A stretch of DNA of 64,000 bases, taken from the NCBI GenBank assembly GCA_947258785.1, contig CAMYJT010000014.1, forward strand, positions 6,546-70,545. Reading direction: 5' to 3'. The notes beneath the pieces are model-generated. The model saw nothing but the letters and a program-made list of their open reading frames with translations, ran no database searches and was not told the origin of the DNA. Source of the DNA: an uncultured Gammaproteobacteria bacterium. GTDB lineage: Bacteria > Pseudomonadota > Gammaproteobacteria > Arenicellales > JAANXG01. The translations under genes were made by a program, and so were the position numbers. Shown one piece after another: positions 55,797-64,000 of this stretch. The number at the start of each line of letters is the position of its first letter. Within the stretch, counting starts at the first letter, position 1.

Positions 55797-55850
55797 CTCC
55801 AGGCCAGGGTTTTTTTGACAACATTCCGGGTCCATCTACGGGTAGTGAGC

Positions 55851-56459
55851 ATGCGTGCGGTACGGGTTGCGATCGTGGATCCCTATGAAGAGGCGCTGAA
55901 CCGGTTTGAGCAGTTGATTCAGACCGCAAAAAAAACCGAAGTCCGGGCGCCGTTGACGATGACCCTGGCCACCGCTGACCATCGCTGCCGGCCATCCGTC
56001 CGCACAGTGGTCGTCAAGCATTTTGACCGGCGCGGGTTTGTGTTTCTGACCCATTGCGGGAGTCGCAAGGGAGTCCAACTTGCCGAAAATCCCTTCGCGG
56101 CCTTGTGTTTTTATTTTCAGCCGCTGTTGGAGCAGGTGACTATCGAGGGGCCTGTGGGTGTCGTGGAATCCGAAGAGACCGACGGTTACTGGGCCGGCCG
56201 CGCGCGGGATGCGCAGTTTGCCGCCTGGGCGTCCAGGCAATCCGAGCCGCTCGATCACCGAACTACTCTCACCAAGCGCCTCTCAGAATTTCAGAAGCAA
56301 TTTGCGGATCAGCGGGTGCCGCGTCCCAGTGAATGGATCGGATACCGCATTGTCCCTGAACGGATCGAGTTCTGGCGGGCAGGCTGGCGCCACCTGCACG
56401 AACGCGTCTGTTACACCAAGACCCCGGCCGGGTGGCGTGTCGAGTTATTGTGTCCATGA
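55851..56459 (+). CDS. pdxH: pyridoxamine 5'-phosphate oxidase
   Basis: Collinear with E. coli PdxH: RTVVVKHFDRRGFVFLTHCGSRKGVQL...IEFWRAGWRHLHERVCY. Confidence 0.8.
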   Translation: MRAVRVAIVDPYEEALNRFEQLIQTAKKTEVRAPLTMTLATADHRCRPSVRTVVVKHFDRRGFVFLTHCGSRKGVQLAENPFAALCFYFQPLLEQVTIEGPVGVVESEETDGYWAGRARDAQFAAWASRQSEPLDHRTTLTKRLSEFQKQFADQRVPRPSEWIGYRIVPERIEFWRAGWRHLHERVCYTKTPAGWRVELLCP

Positions 56460-56569
56460 CATAATCGGCGCGTAAGTCTCGGCGCCGTACTCAGTTCGAG
56501 ATGCCTGTGTATCGGTGGCCGATCGAAGCAAACTGCAAAGATAGTACGGTAGCCCGCAGAGGAAAATTT

Positions 56570-57400
56570 ATGGCCATCAAAAACATTTTGCTGCACGCCG
56601 ATGAAACCAATCCCGGTCAAACCCGTCTGGAATTTGCCGTGCAATTGGCTCAAAGCCATGGTGCACACCTCACCGGCCTGTATCTGCTGCCGAAGTGGAC
56701 AGTGCCCGCGTACGTCGAGGGACAGATACCGTTGGAGGTTTTCAAGGTCCAGGAGACCCGGTTACGGGATGCCGCCGGTCGTACGAAGCAGCGTTTCGAA
56801 TCCTCAGTGAAACGCGCCGGGTTGCTGGCCGAATGGCGGCAGGTAGTGGGCAACCCGGTCGATCAATTGATACTAAATGCCCGTTACACGGACCTTGCCG
56901 TCGTCGGCCAACCGGACAACGAAATGCCGGATTACATCGATCTGGCGTACGCGGACAAAGTGGCGCTGGAGTCCGGACGGCCGGTATTGGTGGTGCCGTC
57001 CATCGGTGTCAGACACACGGCGTTGGATCGAATTTTGATCGCCTGGAACGGCAGCCGGGAGGCGGTACGGGCCATCAACGACGCCCTGCCGATCCTGAAA
57101 CGCGCCAAGCAGGTGTTCGTGGAGACCATAGATCCTGCGCAAACGGGCCAGGAAGGCCATATCCCGGGCGCCGACATTTGCCAGCATCTGTCCCGTCACG
57201 GTGTGGTCGCGGAGGCTGAGTCGATCCAAAGTGCCGAATTGGCGGTCGGGGATGTGTTGCTATCCCGGGCGGCTGACAAATCCGTGGATCTCATTGTGAT
57301 GGGCGCCTATGGACGTTCCCGGTTTCGAGAAATCGTGCTCGGCGGCGCTACCCGGCACCTGTTGGAGCACATGACGGTGCCGGTGCTGTTCTCACACTGA
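56570..57400 (+). CDS. universal stress protein, tandem UspA-domain type
   Basis: Two Usp-like halves. The C-terminal half ends in DLIVMGAYGRSRFREIVLGGATRHLLEHMTVPVLFSH. Confidence 0.8.
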   Translation: MAIKNILLHADETNPGQTRLEFAVQLAQSHGAHLTGLYLLPKWTVPAYVEGQIPLEVFKVQETRLRDAAGRTKQRFESSVKRAGLLAEWRQVVGNPVDQLILNARYTDLAVVGQPDNEMPDYIDLAYADKVALESGRPVLVVPSIGVRHTALDRILIAWNGSREAVRAINDALPILKRAKQVFVETIDPAQTGQEGHIPGADICQHLSRHGVVAEAESIQSAELAVGDVLLSRAADKSVDLIVMGAYGRSRFREIVLGGATRHLLEHMTVPVLFSH

Positions 57401-57641
57401 ACAGCGGAGGGGCGCTCTGGTGTAATGTGCGGGCTAGAGCCGCCTGGTCACATTGAAGATTGACGGCCCCGTCCGGGCTGCGTTCGAGATCGCACCCCAG
57501 CCGATCTACGAGGTTGAGCATCTCGCTATTCTCCTGCAGAACCGTGCCCTCTGTGCGCCGGATCCCTTTTTGTTTGGCGATGCCGATCAGTAAGTTCAGC
57601 AGCTGCGCGGCCAGCCCTTCGATTCGGTTGATTCCCATCAA
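57348..57641 (-). pseudogene. remnant of a GNAT acetyltransferase C-terminus (Pat-like tail)
   Basis: GLAAQLLNLLIGIAKQKGIRRTEGTVLQENSEMLNLVDRLGCDLE follows the recalled GNAT C-terminal pattern G.G..L...li..A...G.....g.VL.eN..ML.l...LGf. No upstream catalytic domain is present, and the ORF tail overlaps the usp 3' end. Confidence 0.4.
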
Positions 57642-57700
57642 TGCAGCACCGGACCCGTCGGCAGTACACTTGTGTCACGTCATGAAGCGGAGTTGATCGG

Positions 57701-58135
57701 ATGAACAGGCGTAACGTGTTCCAAGGGTGTGCGCTGGCGGTAGTATCGCTTGTGTTGGGGATCAACGGCTGCGGCTTGGTGAGGAAAGTGACGTATCCAG
57801 TGGATTTCGTATATCTGGACGCAGCACAGATCCGGAGTTCGATGGCTGACTTCAGCGTGGACGTCTGGCGTATTGACGACATCCTCGCCCACGCCGAAAC
57901 GGTCATGCCCTACCAGCGGGAAGAGATCATTGAGCTGCTCAAGCACATGGAGAGCACCGCTGACGGCCTGGGTGCGGGCATCAGGGAGACCAACCACCTG
58001 CTGATCGATACCAACATCGATCAATTCCGGTCGGATGTGATTGCTGCGCGCATAGCTGTCGAGTCGGAGCCGCCGAATTACTACCGGGCGGGTCGCTTGT
58101 CCGGCGGTTGTCTGGCCTGTCACGTCCTGCGCTGA
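57701..58135 (+). CDS. lipoprotein-type class II cytochrome c (cytochrome c'-like)
   Basis: Signal and lipobox-like LVLGINGC. About 120 aa of helical sequence, with a single CLACH (CxxCH) motif 3 residues from the C-terminus, as in class II c-type cytochromes. Confidence 0.55.
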   Translation: MNRRNVFQGCALAVVSLVLGINGCGLVRKVTYPVDFVYLDAAQIRSSMADFSVDVWRIDDILAHAETVMPYQREEIIELLKHMESTADGLGAGIRETNHLLIDTNIDQFRSDVIAARIAVESEPPNYYRAGRLSGGCLACHVLR

Positions 58136-58264
58136 GCCGCAAGCTCGCGGGCAAGGCCCCCGCTCCAACGAATCTCATTGTCACCAAGCGGCCCGGCGGT
58201 ATCCGCATCAGGGGTTGTTGCGTACAGACAACGGGCGCTGCCGGGTGCTCGATACCGAGATCTG

Positions 58265-58278
58265 TTGACCTGAATCAA
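58265..58278. promoter_or_regulatory. FNR/Anr-type box upstream of the host-attachment-family gene
   Basis: TTGACCTGAATCAA matches TTGAT-N4-ATCAA at 9 of 10 positions. TACAGT at 58302-58307 sits where a class II -10 element would be. Confidence 0.45.
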
Positions 58279-58425
58279 ACCCCGTTCCCCGCACCGTCAG
58301 TTACAGTTGAAAGCGATGGATCAAGCGTGTGGCGTCGGGCGCTGGAAAATGTGGTAAGCGCGAAACTAGCTATGGGCACGCCGGGAAACCGGTTGTCAGT
58401 GCCCGTACCAGAGCGGGGATGGGCT

Positions 58426-58878
58426 ATGACAACTTGGTTATTAGTGGCGGATAGCGTGCGGGGAAGAATCTTTCGGACGGATACGCCAACCGGGCCCATC
58501 AGTGAGTTGACTACACTCGCGCATCCGGAGGGGCGACTCCACGAGCAGGCACTGACGTCTGATCTGCCGGGACGCACCTTCGATCGGCAGGGCTACGGCC
58601 GGCATGTCATGGAAGACCGCGTCAGCGCAAAACAACAGGACAATGTCAAGTTCGCACAGCGTATCGCCACCTACCTGGAAACCATGCGCATGCGCAAGGA
58701 GTTTGAACGACTTGTCATCGTCGCACCTCCGGATTTTCTGGGCCTGCTGTCGGGCAAGCTGAGCGCGGAGACCCGCAAGCTGGTGATCTTGAAGGTGGAC
58801 AAAAACCTGGCGCAGAAGTCCGCCAAGCAGATCCGCAGCCACCTTCCCGACAAATTGTGGACGCTGATAAGATCCTGA
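58426..58878 (+). CDS. host-attachment-family protein (Host_attach-like)
   Basis: MTTWLLVADSVRGRIF...SDLPGRTFDRQGYGRHVME...LVIVAPPDFLGLL matches the recalled PF10116 pattern. Start trimmed from ORF 58108. Confidence 0.6.
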   Translation: MTTWLLVADSVRGRIFRTDTPTGPISELTTLAHPEGRLHEQALTSDLPGRTFDRQGYGRHVMEDRVSAKQQDNVKFAQRIATYLETMRMRKEFERLVIVAPPDFLGLLSGKLSAETRKLVILKVDKNLAQKSAKQIRSHLPDKLWTLIRS

Positions 58879-59010
58879 GTCTGCATAGCCTTTGCGCAAC
58901 GGTGGAGGACCGCAACGAATACCAATGGCGTTTCCGTCGCGTTGCTAGGGACATCGGTATCGACACCGGAGTCCGCCCAGAGGTTGGATACTGTGCGCAG
59001 CCTGTCGTGG

Positions 59011-59024
59011 TTGATCGAAGTCAA
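59011..59024. promoter_or_regulatory. FNR/Anr-type box of the ccoN promoter
   Basis: TTGATCGAAGTCAA (9/10). TATTAAT at 59047-59053 places a -10 element consistent with a class II (-41.5) arrangement and a TSS near 59059. Confidence 0.55.
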
Positions 59025-59205
59025 AGACGGTTTCCCGAGATGTTGGTATTAATGGGTTGTGGCCGGCGGGCCGGTGGTATTGCGAGCCGGCTCAAGCCCG
59101 CCACTGTCTACACTCTTTGGCGCGCAGCAGTCCACCGGCTGGGTCCAGCAGCTACCTCAACCGGCCGGGGCATCGCCGGGATTTGTCATGGGAGTCGATG
59201 AAAGC

Positions 59206-60621
59206 ATGAGCACAGAAAACACATATAACTACCGCGTCGTGAGCCAGTTCGCCATCATGACCGTTGTGTGGGGGGCCGTCGGAATGCTAGTGGGTGTTTT
59301 CATCGCCGCCCAGATGGCCTGGCCACAATTGAATTTCGACGTGTCGTGGCTGACCTTTGGACGGCTGCGTCCGCTGCACACCAATGCCGTGATTTTCGCC
59401 TTCGGTGGATCGGCGTTGTTTGCCACTTCTTATTATGTTGTGCAACGGACGTGCTACGTGCGCCTGTTTTCCGACAAGCTGGCGGCGTTCACGTTCTGGG
59501 GCTGGCAGGCGATCATCGTGCTGGCCGTCGTTACCTTGCCGCTGGGAGTGACAACTTCCAAAGAATACGCGGAGCTCGAATGGCCGATCGATGTGTTGAT
59601 CGCGGTGGTTTGGATCGCCTATGCGATTGTCTTTTTTGGCACTCTCATCAAGCGGAAGATCAAGCACATTTACGTCGCCAACTGGTTTTTCGGTGGTTTC
59701 ATTCTCACTATTGCGATTCTGCACGTCGTCAACAGCATGGCTATACCGGCCAGCTTTACAAAATCGTATTCGATGTTCGCCGGAGTCCAGGACGCGATGA
59801 TTCAATGGTGGTACGGACACAACGCGGTCGGTTTCTTCCTGACGGCGGGGTTCCTGGGCATCATGTACTACTTTATCCCCAAGCAAGCGAACCGCCCGGT
59901 TTATTCCTACCGTTTATCGGTGGTCCATTTCTGGGCGCTGGTGTTCACGTACATCTGGGCCGGTCCCCACCACCTGCACTACACCGCACTGCCGGACTGG
60001 GCCCAGTCGCTCGGGATGGTGTTTTCAATCGTACTGTTGGCGCCTTCCTGGGGAGGGATGATCAACGGCATCATGACCTTGTCCGGGGCCTGGGAGAAGT
60101 TACGTACGGACCCAATCTTGAAGTTTCTCATTGTGTCGGTGTCATTCTACGGCATGTCCACATTCGAGGGACCGCTGATGGCGATCAAGACCGTCAATGC
60201 TTTATCGCATTACACCGACTGGACCATTGGACACGTACATTCCGGGGCGTTGGGCTGGGTCGGATTCGTGTCGATGGGAGCGCTCTACTACCTGATCCCG
60301 CGCCTGTTCAACCGCGAGATCTACAGTCTGAAACTTGTCGAGGCCCATTTTTGGGTCGCCACCATCGGCATTGTCTTGTACATCGTTTCGATGTGGATTG
60401 CCGGGATTATGCAAGGACTGATGTGGCGGGCGGTGAATCCGGACGGGACATTGACCTACACGTTTGTGGAAAGCGTTCAGGCGATGCATCCGTATTACAT
60501 CATCCGGTTCCTGGGCGGTGCGATGTTTCTAGCCGGAATGCTCATGATGGCGTACAACCTGTATCGGACGGTGGTCGGGGCGAAACCGCACGAAGCGGCG
60601 ATCCCGGCAGCCGCACATTGA
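59206..60621 (+). CDS. ccoN: cbb3-type cytochrome c oxidase subunit I
   Basis: 471 aa, polytopic, with motifs HNAVGFF, HHLHYT and [10 protein letters not shown]. Confidence 0.9.
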   Translation: MSTENTYNYRVVSQFAIMTVVWGAVGMLVGVFIAAQMAWPQLNFDVSWLTFGRLRPLHTNAVIFAFGGSALFATSYYVVQRTCYVRLFSDKLAAFTFWGWQAIIVLAVVTLPLGVTTSKEYAELEWPIDVLIAVVWIAYAIVFFGTLIKRKIKHIYVANWFFGGFILTIAILHVVNSMAIPASFTKSYSMFAGVQDAMIQWWYGHNAVGFFLTAGFLGIMYYFIPKQANRPVYSYRLSVVHFWALVFTYIWAGPHHLHYTALPDWAQSLGMVFSIVLLAPSWGGMINGIMTLSGAWEKLRTDPILKFLIVSVSFYGMSTFEGPLMAIKTVNALSHYTDWTIGHVHSGALGWVGFVSMGALYYLIPRLFNREIYSLKLVEAHFWVATIGIVLYIVSMWIAGIMQGLMWRAVNPDGTLTYTFVESVQAMHPYYIIRFLGGAMFLAGMLMMAYNLYRTVVGAKPHEAAIPAAAH

Positions 60622-60632
60622 GGTAACTGGTC

Positions 60633-61244
60633 ATGGCGTTACAAGAAAAGGTGGAGCAGAATGTCGGCCTGCTGATCGTGTTGGTGTTGCTGGTCGCCAG
60701 CGTGGGCGGGTTGGTACAGATTGTACCTTTATTTTTCCAGAAATCCACAACGGAACCCGTACAGGGCTTGCAGCCCTACACGGCACTTCAACTGACGGGT
60801 CGCGACATTTATATCAGAGAGGGCTGCTACACCTGCCATTCGCAGATGATTCGGCCGTTTCGGGCCGAAACCGAACGTTACGGGCACTATTCCGTCGCCG
60901 GAGAATTCGTCTACGATCGGCCGTTTCAGTGGGGCTCTAAGCGCACCGGACCGGACCTGGCCCGGGTGGGCGGCCGCTACAGCGACGACTGGCACCGGGT
61001 ACACATGATCAACCCGCGGGATGTGGTGCCGGAGTCGATGATGCCCGGGTACCCGTGGCTGCAGGACACGCCGGCGGATCCGTTCCATATCCGGGACAAA
61101 ATGAATGTGCTGCGGATATTGGGTCACCCGTATACGGACGAGCAGATCGAGGCCGCACCGAAAGAGCTGGGTGGCAAGACGGAAATGGACGCCATGATTG
61201 CCTATCTCCAGGTGTTGGGTATCAATATAAAGACACGCAGGTAG
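60633..61244 (+). CDS. ccoO: cbb3-type cytochrome c oxidase subunit II (monoheme)
   Basis: TM anchor and [11 protein letters not shown]. Confidence 0.9.
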   Translation: MALQEKVEQNVGLLIVLVLLVASVGGLVQIVPLFFQKSTTEPVQGLQPYTALQLTGRDIYIREGCYTCHSQMIRPFRAETERYGHYSVAGEFVYDRPFQWGSKRTGPDLARVGGRYSDDWHRVHMINPRDVVPESMMPGYPWLQDTPADPFHIRDKMNVLRILGHPYTDEQIEAAPKELGGKTEMDAMIAYLQVLGINIKTRR

Positions 61245-61248
61245 AGCG

Positions 61249-61428
61249 ATGGGTGTGTGGCACGGAATTTGGACGTTGATATTGCTGATCGTCTTTCTGG
61301 GCATCGTCGCCTGGGCGTGGAGCGCGAAGCAGAAGAAGCGTTTTGACGAGGCGGGGCGGTTGCCCCTAGACGACGATAAGACACCGTCGACGGCGCAGCG
61401 TAATCGAGTGGAGAATGATGATGGCTGA
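61249..61428 (+). CDS. ccoQ: cbb3-type oxidase small subunit CcoQ (59 aa; absent from ORF track)
   Basis: Hand translation: MGVWHGIWTLILLIVFLGIVAWAWSAKQKKRFDEAGRLPLDDDKTPSTAQRNRVENDDG. Single TM helix, located between ccoO and ccoP. Confidence 0.65.
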   Translation: MGVWHGIWTLILLIVFLGIVAWAWSAKQKKRFDEAGRLPLDDDKTPSTAQRNRVENDDG

Positions 61429-62329
61429 TTTTGTAAGTGAATTCTGGCATTGGTTCATCGTGATCCCGACGCTGGTGGGTCTGTTGGCGTTGTTTCCGTT
61501 GGTGATCCTGAACAAGGGTTCGAAGCCGAGCGGTGATCCGGAAACCATGGGACATGTCTGGGACGAGGACCTGGAGGAGTACAACAACCCTTTACCCCGG
61601 TGGTGGCTGAACATGTTCTACATCACCCTGGTCTGGGGACTGTTGTATCTGGTGTTTTATCCGGGACTGGGTACCTACGCGGGTATTCTCGGGTGGGCGT
61701 CCAAAACGCAGTACGAAGGAGAAATCAGCGCGGCAGAGCAGGCCTTCGGCCCGCTGTACAAGAAATATTCAGAGATTTCGATTCCAGAACTGGCGAAAAA
61801 CGCCGAGGCCATGAAGACCGGCGAGCGTTTGTTTGCCAACTATTGCACGACGTGCCACGGTTCCGATGCCCGCGGTGCACGCGGTTTTCCAAACTTACGG
61901 GACGCGGACTGGTTGTACGGCGCCGATCCCGCCCAAATCGAGGCCTCCATTTCGAACGGCCGCCGGGGCGCGATGCCGGGATGGGAGGCCGCCTTGGGTG
62001 AAGACGGTGTCGACAAAGTGACCGAGTTTATCCTCAGTCTGAGCCGTTCGGAAGGAATCGATCTGGTTGCGGCGAGCATCGGCCGGGAGCATTACAACAA
62101 GATGTGTATAGCCTGTCACGGACCCGACGGTAGCGGTAACAAGGCGCTGGGTGGCGCGAATCTTGCCGACAAGGTCTGGCTGTACGGCGGCTCCCGCAAG
62201 GCAGTGAGACAAACCATCGCCAAGGGGCGGCAAGGCAATATGCCGCCACACTTGAATTTTCTCGGTAAGTATAAGGTTCATCTGCTCGCGGCCTATGTCT
62301 ACGGTCTGTCCGCCGATCGGCGTCCATGA
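61415..62329 (+). CDS. ccoP: cbb3-type cytochrome c oxidase subunit III (diheme)
   Basis: Two CxxCH motifs (CTTCHG, CIACHG) after an N-terminal TM region. Confidence 0.9.
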   Translation: MMMADFVSEFWHWFIVIPTLVGLLALFPLVILNKGSKPSGDPETMGHVWDEDLEEYNNPLPRWWLNMFYITLVWGLLYLVFYPGLGTYAGILGWASKTQYEGEISAAEQAFGPLYKKYSEISIPELAKNAEAMKTGERLFANYCTTCHGSDARGARGFPNLRDADWLYGADPAQIEASISNGRRGAMPGWEAALGEDGVDKVTEFILSLSRSEGIDLVAASIGREHYNKMCIACHGPDGSGNKALGGANLADKVWLYGGSRKAVRQTIAKGRQGNMPPHLNFLGKYKVHLLAAYVYGLSADRRP

Positions 62330-62515
62330 GCAATGACGAAAGGGCGGTAAAGCAAACGCTGGCGGCCATACTCTGGCCGTCGTTTCCGGTTGCCGGGGGC
62401 GCGAACGCCGAGCACACCAAAGCAAAGAGATGATGGTGCGGTGCTGCAATCGGTCGGGCGCAGCACTGGATCATGCAAGCCGCAGAGACAGGCACCCGGT
62501 GTAGTGGCACTGAAA

Positions 62516-63910
62516 ATGGCCGATACACAGCCGCTTGACATCGAGCAGGAACTTTACGCCAAGCGGCAAAAGATCTACGCGCGCGAGGTCCACGGAATAT
62601 TCGCGCGCTTGAGACTGCTCGGTTTCGCCGTCCTGATGGGGGTGTACTACGGTTTGCCGTGGATCAGTTGGGGCGACCGCCAGGCGGTGCTGTTTGATTT
62701 GCCACAGCGTAAGTTTTATATCTTTGGCCTGATCTTTTGGCCCCAGGATTTCATCTATCTCGCGACTTTGTTGATCATCGCGGCGTTGTCGTTGTTTTTC
62801 TTCACCGCCCTCGCCGGCCGGCTCTGGTGCGGTTACGCCTGTCCACAGACGGTTTGGACCGAACTATTTTTGTGGCTAGAACGCAAAATAGAGGGTGACC
62901 GGCCGCAGCAGATTAAACTCGATGAAGCGCGGTGGAGCACCCGCAAGTTGGTCATCAAGGGCGGCAAGCACCTGGCGTGGATCGCCCTCTCGCTGTGGAC
63001 CGGCTATACCTTCGTGGGGTATTTCACCCCCATCAGAGAACTCGCTGGATCGATATTGGCGTTGGGCACCGGCCCTTGGGAAACGTTCTGGATTTTATTC
63101 TACAGTTTCGCCACTTATGGCAACGCAGGGTGGCTGCGCGAACAGGTTTGTATATATATGTGCCCGTATGCTCGATTTCAGAGCGCGATGTTTGATAAGA
63201 ATACCTTGATCATCTCCTACGACGCCAAACGAGGTGAGCCTCGAGGATCCCGCAAACGCAGTATTGATCCCCGGACTAAGGGGTTGGGCGATTGCATCGA
63301 TTGTACGCTTTGCGTTCAAGTCTGTCCCACCGGCATCGACATCCGCAATGGATTACAGTACGAGTGCATTGGATGTGCCGCCTGCATCGATGCCTGTGAT
63401 GACATTATGGACAGAATGAGTTATTCGAAGGGACTCATCCGTTACACCACGGAAAACGTACTGGAAGGGAAAACGACCCGCATCATCAGACCCCGTGTGA
63501 TTGTTTATGCTTTTGTATTATTGGGTATGCTGGCGGCGATGAGTTACTCCATCGCAATTCGAATTCCTGTCGCACTGGACGTAATTCGTGATCGGAATGC
63601 TTTGTATCGGGAGGCCGACGACGGCTTGGTGGAGAATGTCTATACCTTGAAGGTTATAAACATGGATGAGCGCGATCATGAATATATTGTGAACGCCGGT
63701 GGCCTGGAAGACCTCGTCCTGGCGCTGGACATGGAGTCTTTCGTGGTGGCTGCGGGAAAGGTTCGGGAAATCTCGGCTCGTCTGCGTATCGATCCCGTCG
63801 ATTTGACGCGGCAGAGCAACGACGTCTTCTTTGATCTGCGCGCGGTGGATGACGAGCGATTATATGTGCGGGAGCGCGCTCGATTCCTCGGACCCGTCGG
63901 GAGCCGTTGA
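62516..63910 (+). CDS. ccoG: cytochrome c oxidase accessory protein CcoG/FixG (4Fe-4S ferredoxin-type)
   Basis: CGYACPQ, CIDCTLCVQVCPTGIDIR and CIGCAACIDACD. Confidence 0.85.
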   Translation: MADTQPLDIEQELYAKRQKIYAREVHGIFARLRLLGFAVLMGVYYGLPWISWGDRQAVLFDLPQRKFYIFGLIFWPQDFIYLATLLIIAALSLFFFTALAGRLWCGYACPQTVWTELFLWLERKIEGDRPQQIKLDEARWSTRKLVIKGGKHLAWIALSLWTGYTFVGYFTPIRELAGSILALGTGPWETFWILFYSFATYGNAGWLREQVCIYMCPYARFQSAMFDKNTLIISYDAKRGEPRGSRKRSIDPRTKGLGDCIDCTLCVQVCPTGIDIRNGLQYECIGCAACIDACDDIMDRMSYSKGLIRYTTENVLEGKTTRIIRPRVIVYAFVLLGMLAAMSYSIAIRIPVALDVIRDRNALYREADDGLVENVYTLKVINMDERDHEYIVNAGGLEDLVLALDMESFVVAAGKVREISARLRIDPVDLTRQSNDVFFDLRAVDDERLYVRERARFLGPVGSR

Positions 63911-63911
63911 C

Positions 63912-64000
63912 GTGGGTGGCCGTCGACCAGGACGCTGCTGGTATCGGCAACCCATGGTCTGGTTGTTGATCGCCATTCCAGCCTCCGCGGTATTCATGGG
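63912..64000 (+). CDS. FixH/CcoH-like protein, N-terminal fragment (runs off window)
   Basis: GTG 63912 gives VGGRRPGRCWYRQPMVWLLIAIPASAVFMG. The W-Y-R-Q-P plus TM start resembles FixH, and the position after ccoG fits. Confidence 0.4.
   Translation, partial: MGGRRPGRCWYRQPMVWLLIAIPASAVFM

Noticed and set aside
59268-60626. 452-aa plus-strand ORF in an alternative frame of ccoN
   Set aside because: It lies on the same strand as ccoN but out of frame. The ccoN frame carries the heme-copper oxidase His motifs, whereas this frame is R/G-rich junk.

Overview
GC-rich chromosomal segment whose gene content looks gammaproteobacterial: hflD, fadE, a complete system-I ccmABCDEFGHI cluster and a ccoNOQP-ccoG-ccoH cbb3 oxidase cluster. 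All family calls come from motifs read by eye and recalled family knowledge. No search, HMM or folding tool was run. Layout, left to right:
- 1-7 kb: CapA-like fragment, ferritin-like ORF, sixA, a LysM coiled-coil protein, a Y1/HUH (RAYT-like) transposase bracketed by inverted repeat doublets, an orphan ORF with a signal-like N-terminus, a HAD dehalogenase and a LysE exporter.
- 7-14 kb: two-component RND efflux pump, a degenerate ORF pair, a frame-disrupted Tat-dependent multicopper oxidase, and terB.
- 14-23 kb: tag, an aguB-aguA polyamine operon with an orphan first gene, htpX, a chimeric outer-membrane ORF, DUF1015, and an ECF sigma/DUF3619/DUF3106 operon.
- 23-31 kb: SDR, Gfo/Idh/MocA, DUF192, S9 peptidase, a translationally coupled GCS2-like ligase plus AstE/AspA-like hydrolase, hflD and sufE.
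- 31-45 kb: a co-directional lipid block. It runs TetR, FadE, acyl-CoA synthetase, enoyl-CoA hydratase and a membrane lipase, followed by the poorly characterised DUF1302/DUF1329/BNR/RND-exporter module.
- 45-64 kb: pcm, fumC, panB, the ccm cluster, pdxH, a universal stress protein, a lipoprotein class-II cytochrome c, a host-attachment-family protein and the cbb3 oxidase genes.

No rRNA, tRNA or CRISPR array was recognised. The observations most worth a second look:
- A dispersed 19-23 bp motif (GGTGCARTATGCRGGCTA) is present in four clear copies plus one degenerate copy, two of them as inverted doublets abutting stop codons.
- The RAYT-like unit is flanked by a different repeat family.
- Three FNR/Anr-type boxes, one a perfect consensus, organise the 55.7-59.2 kb region.
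- The window holds several apparent gene remnants: the multicopper oxidase, an ABC-2 fragment fused to an OMP gene, a GNAT tail and a two-frame ORF pair.
- ccmD, ccoQ and a candidate uORF are small ORFs missing from the supplied ORF track.
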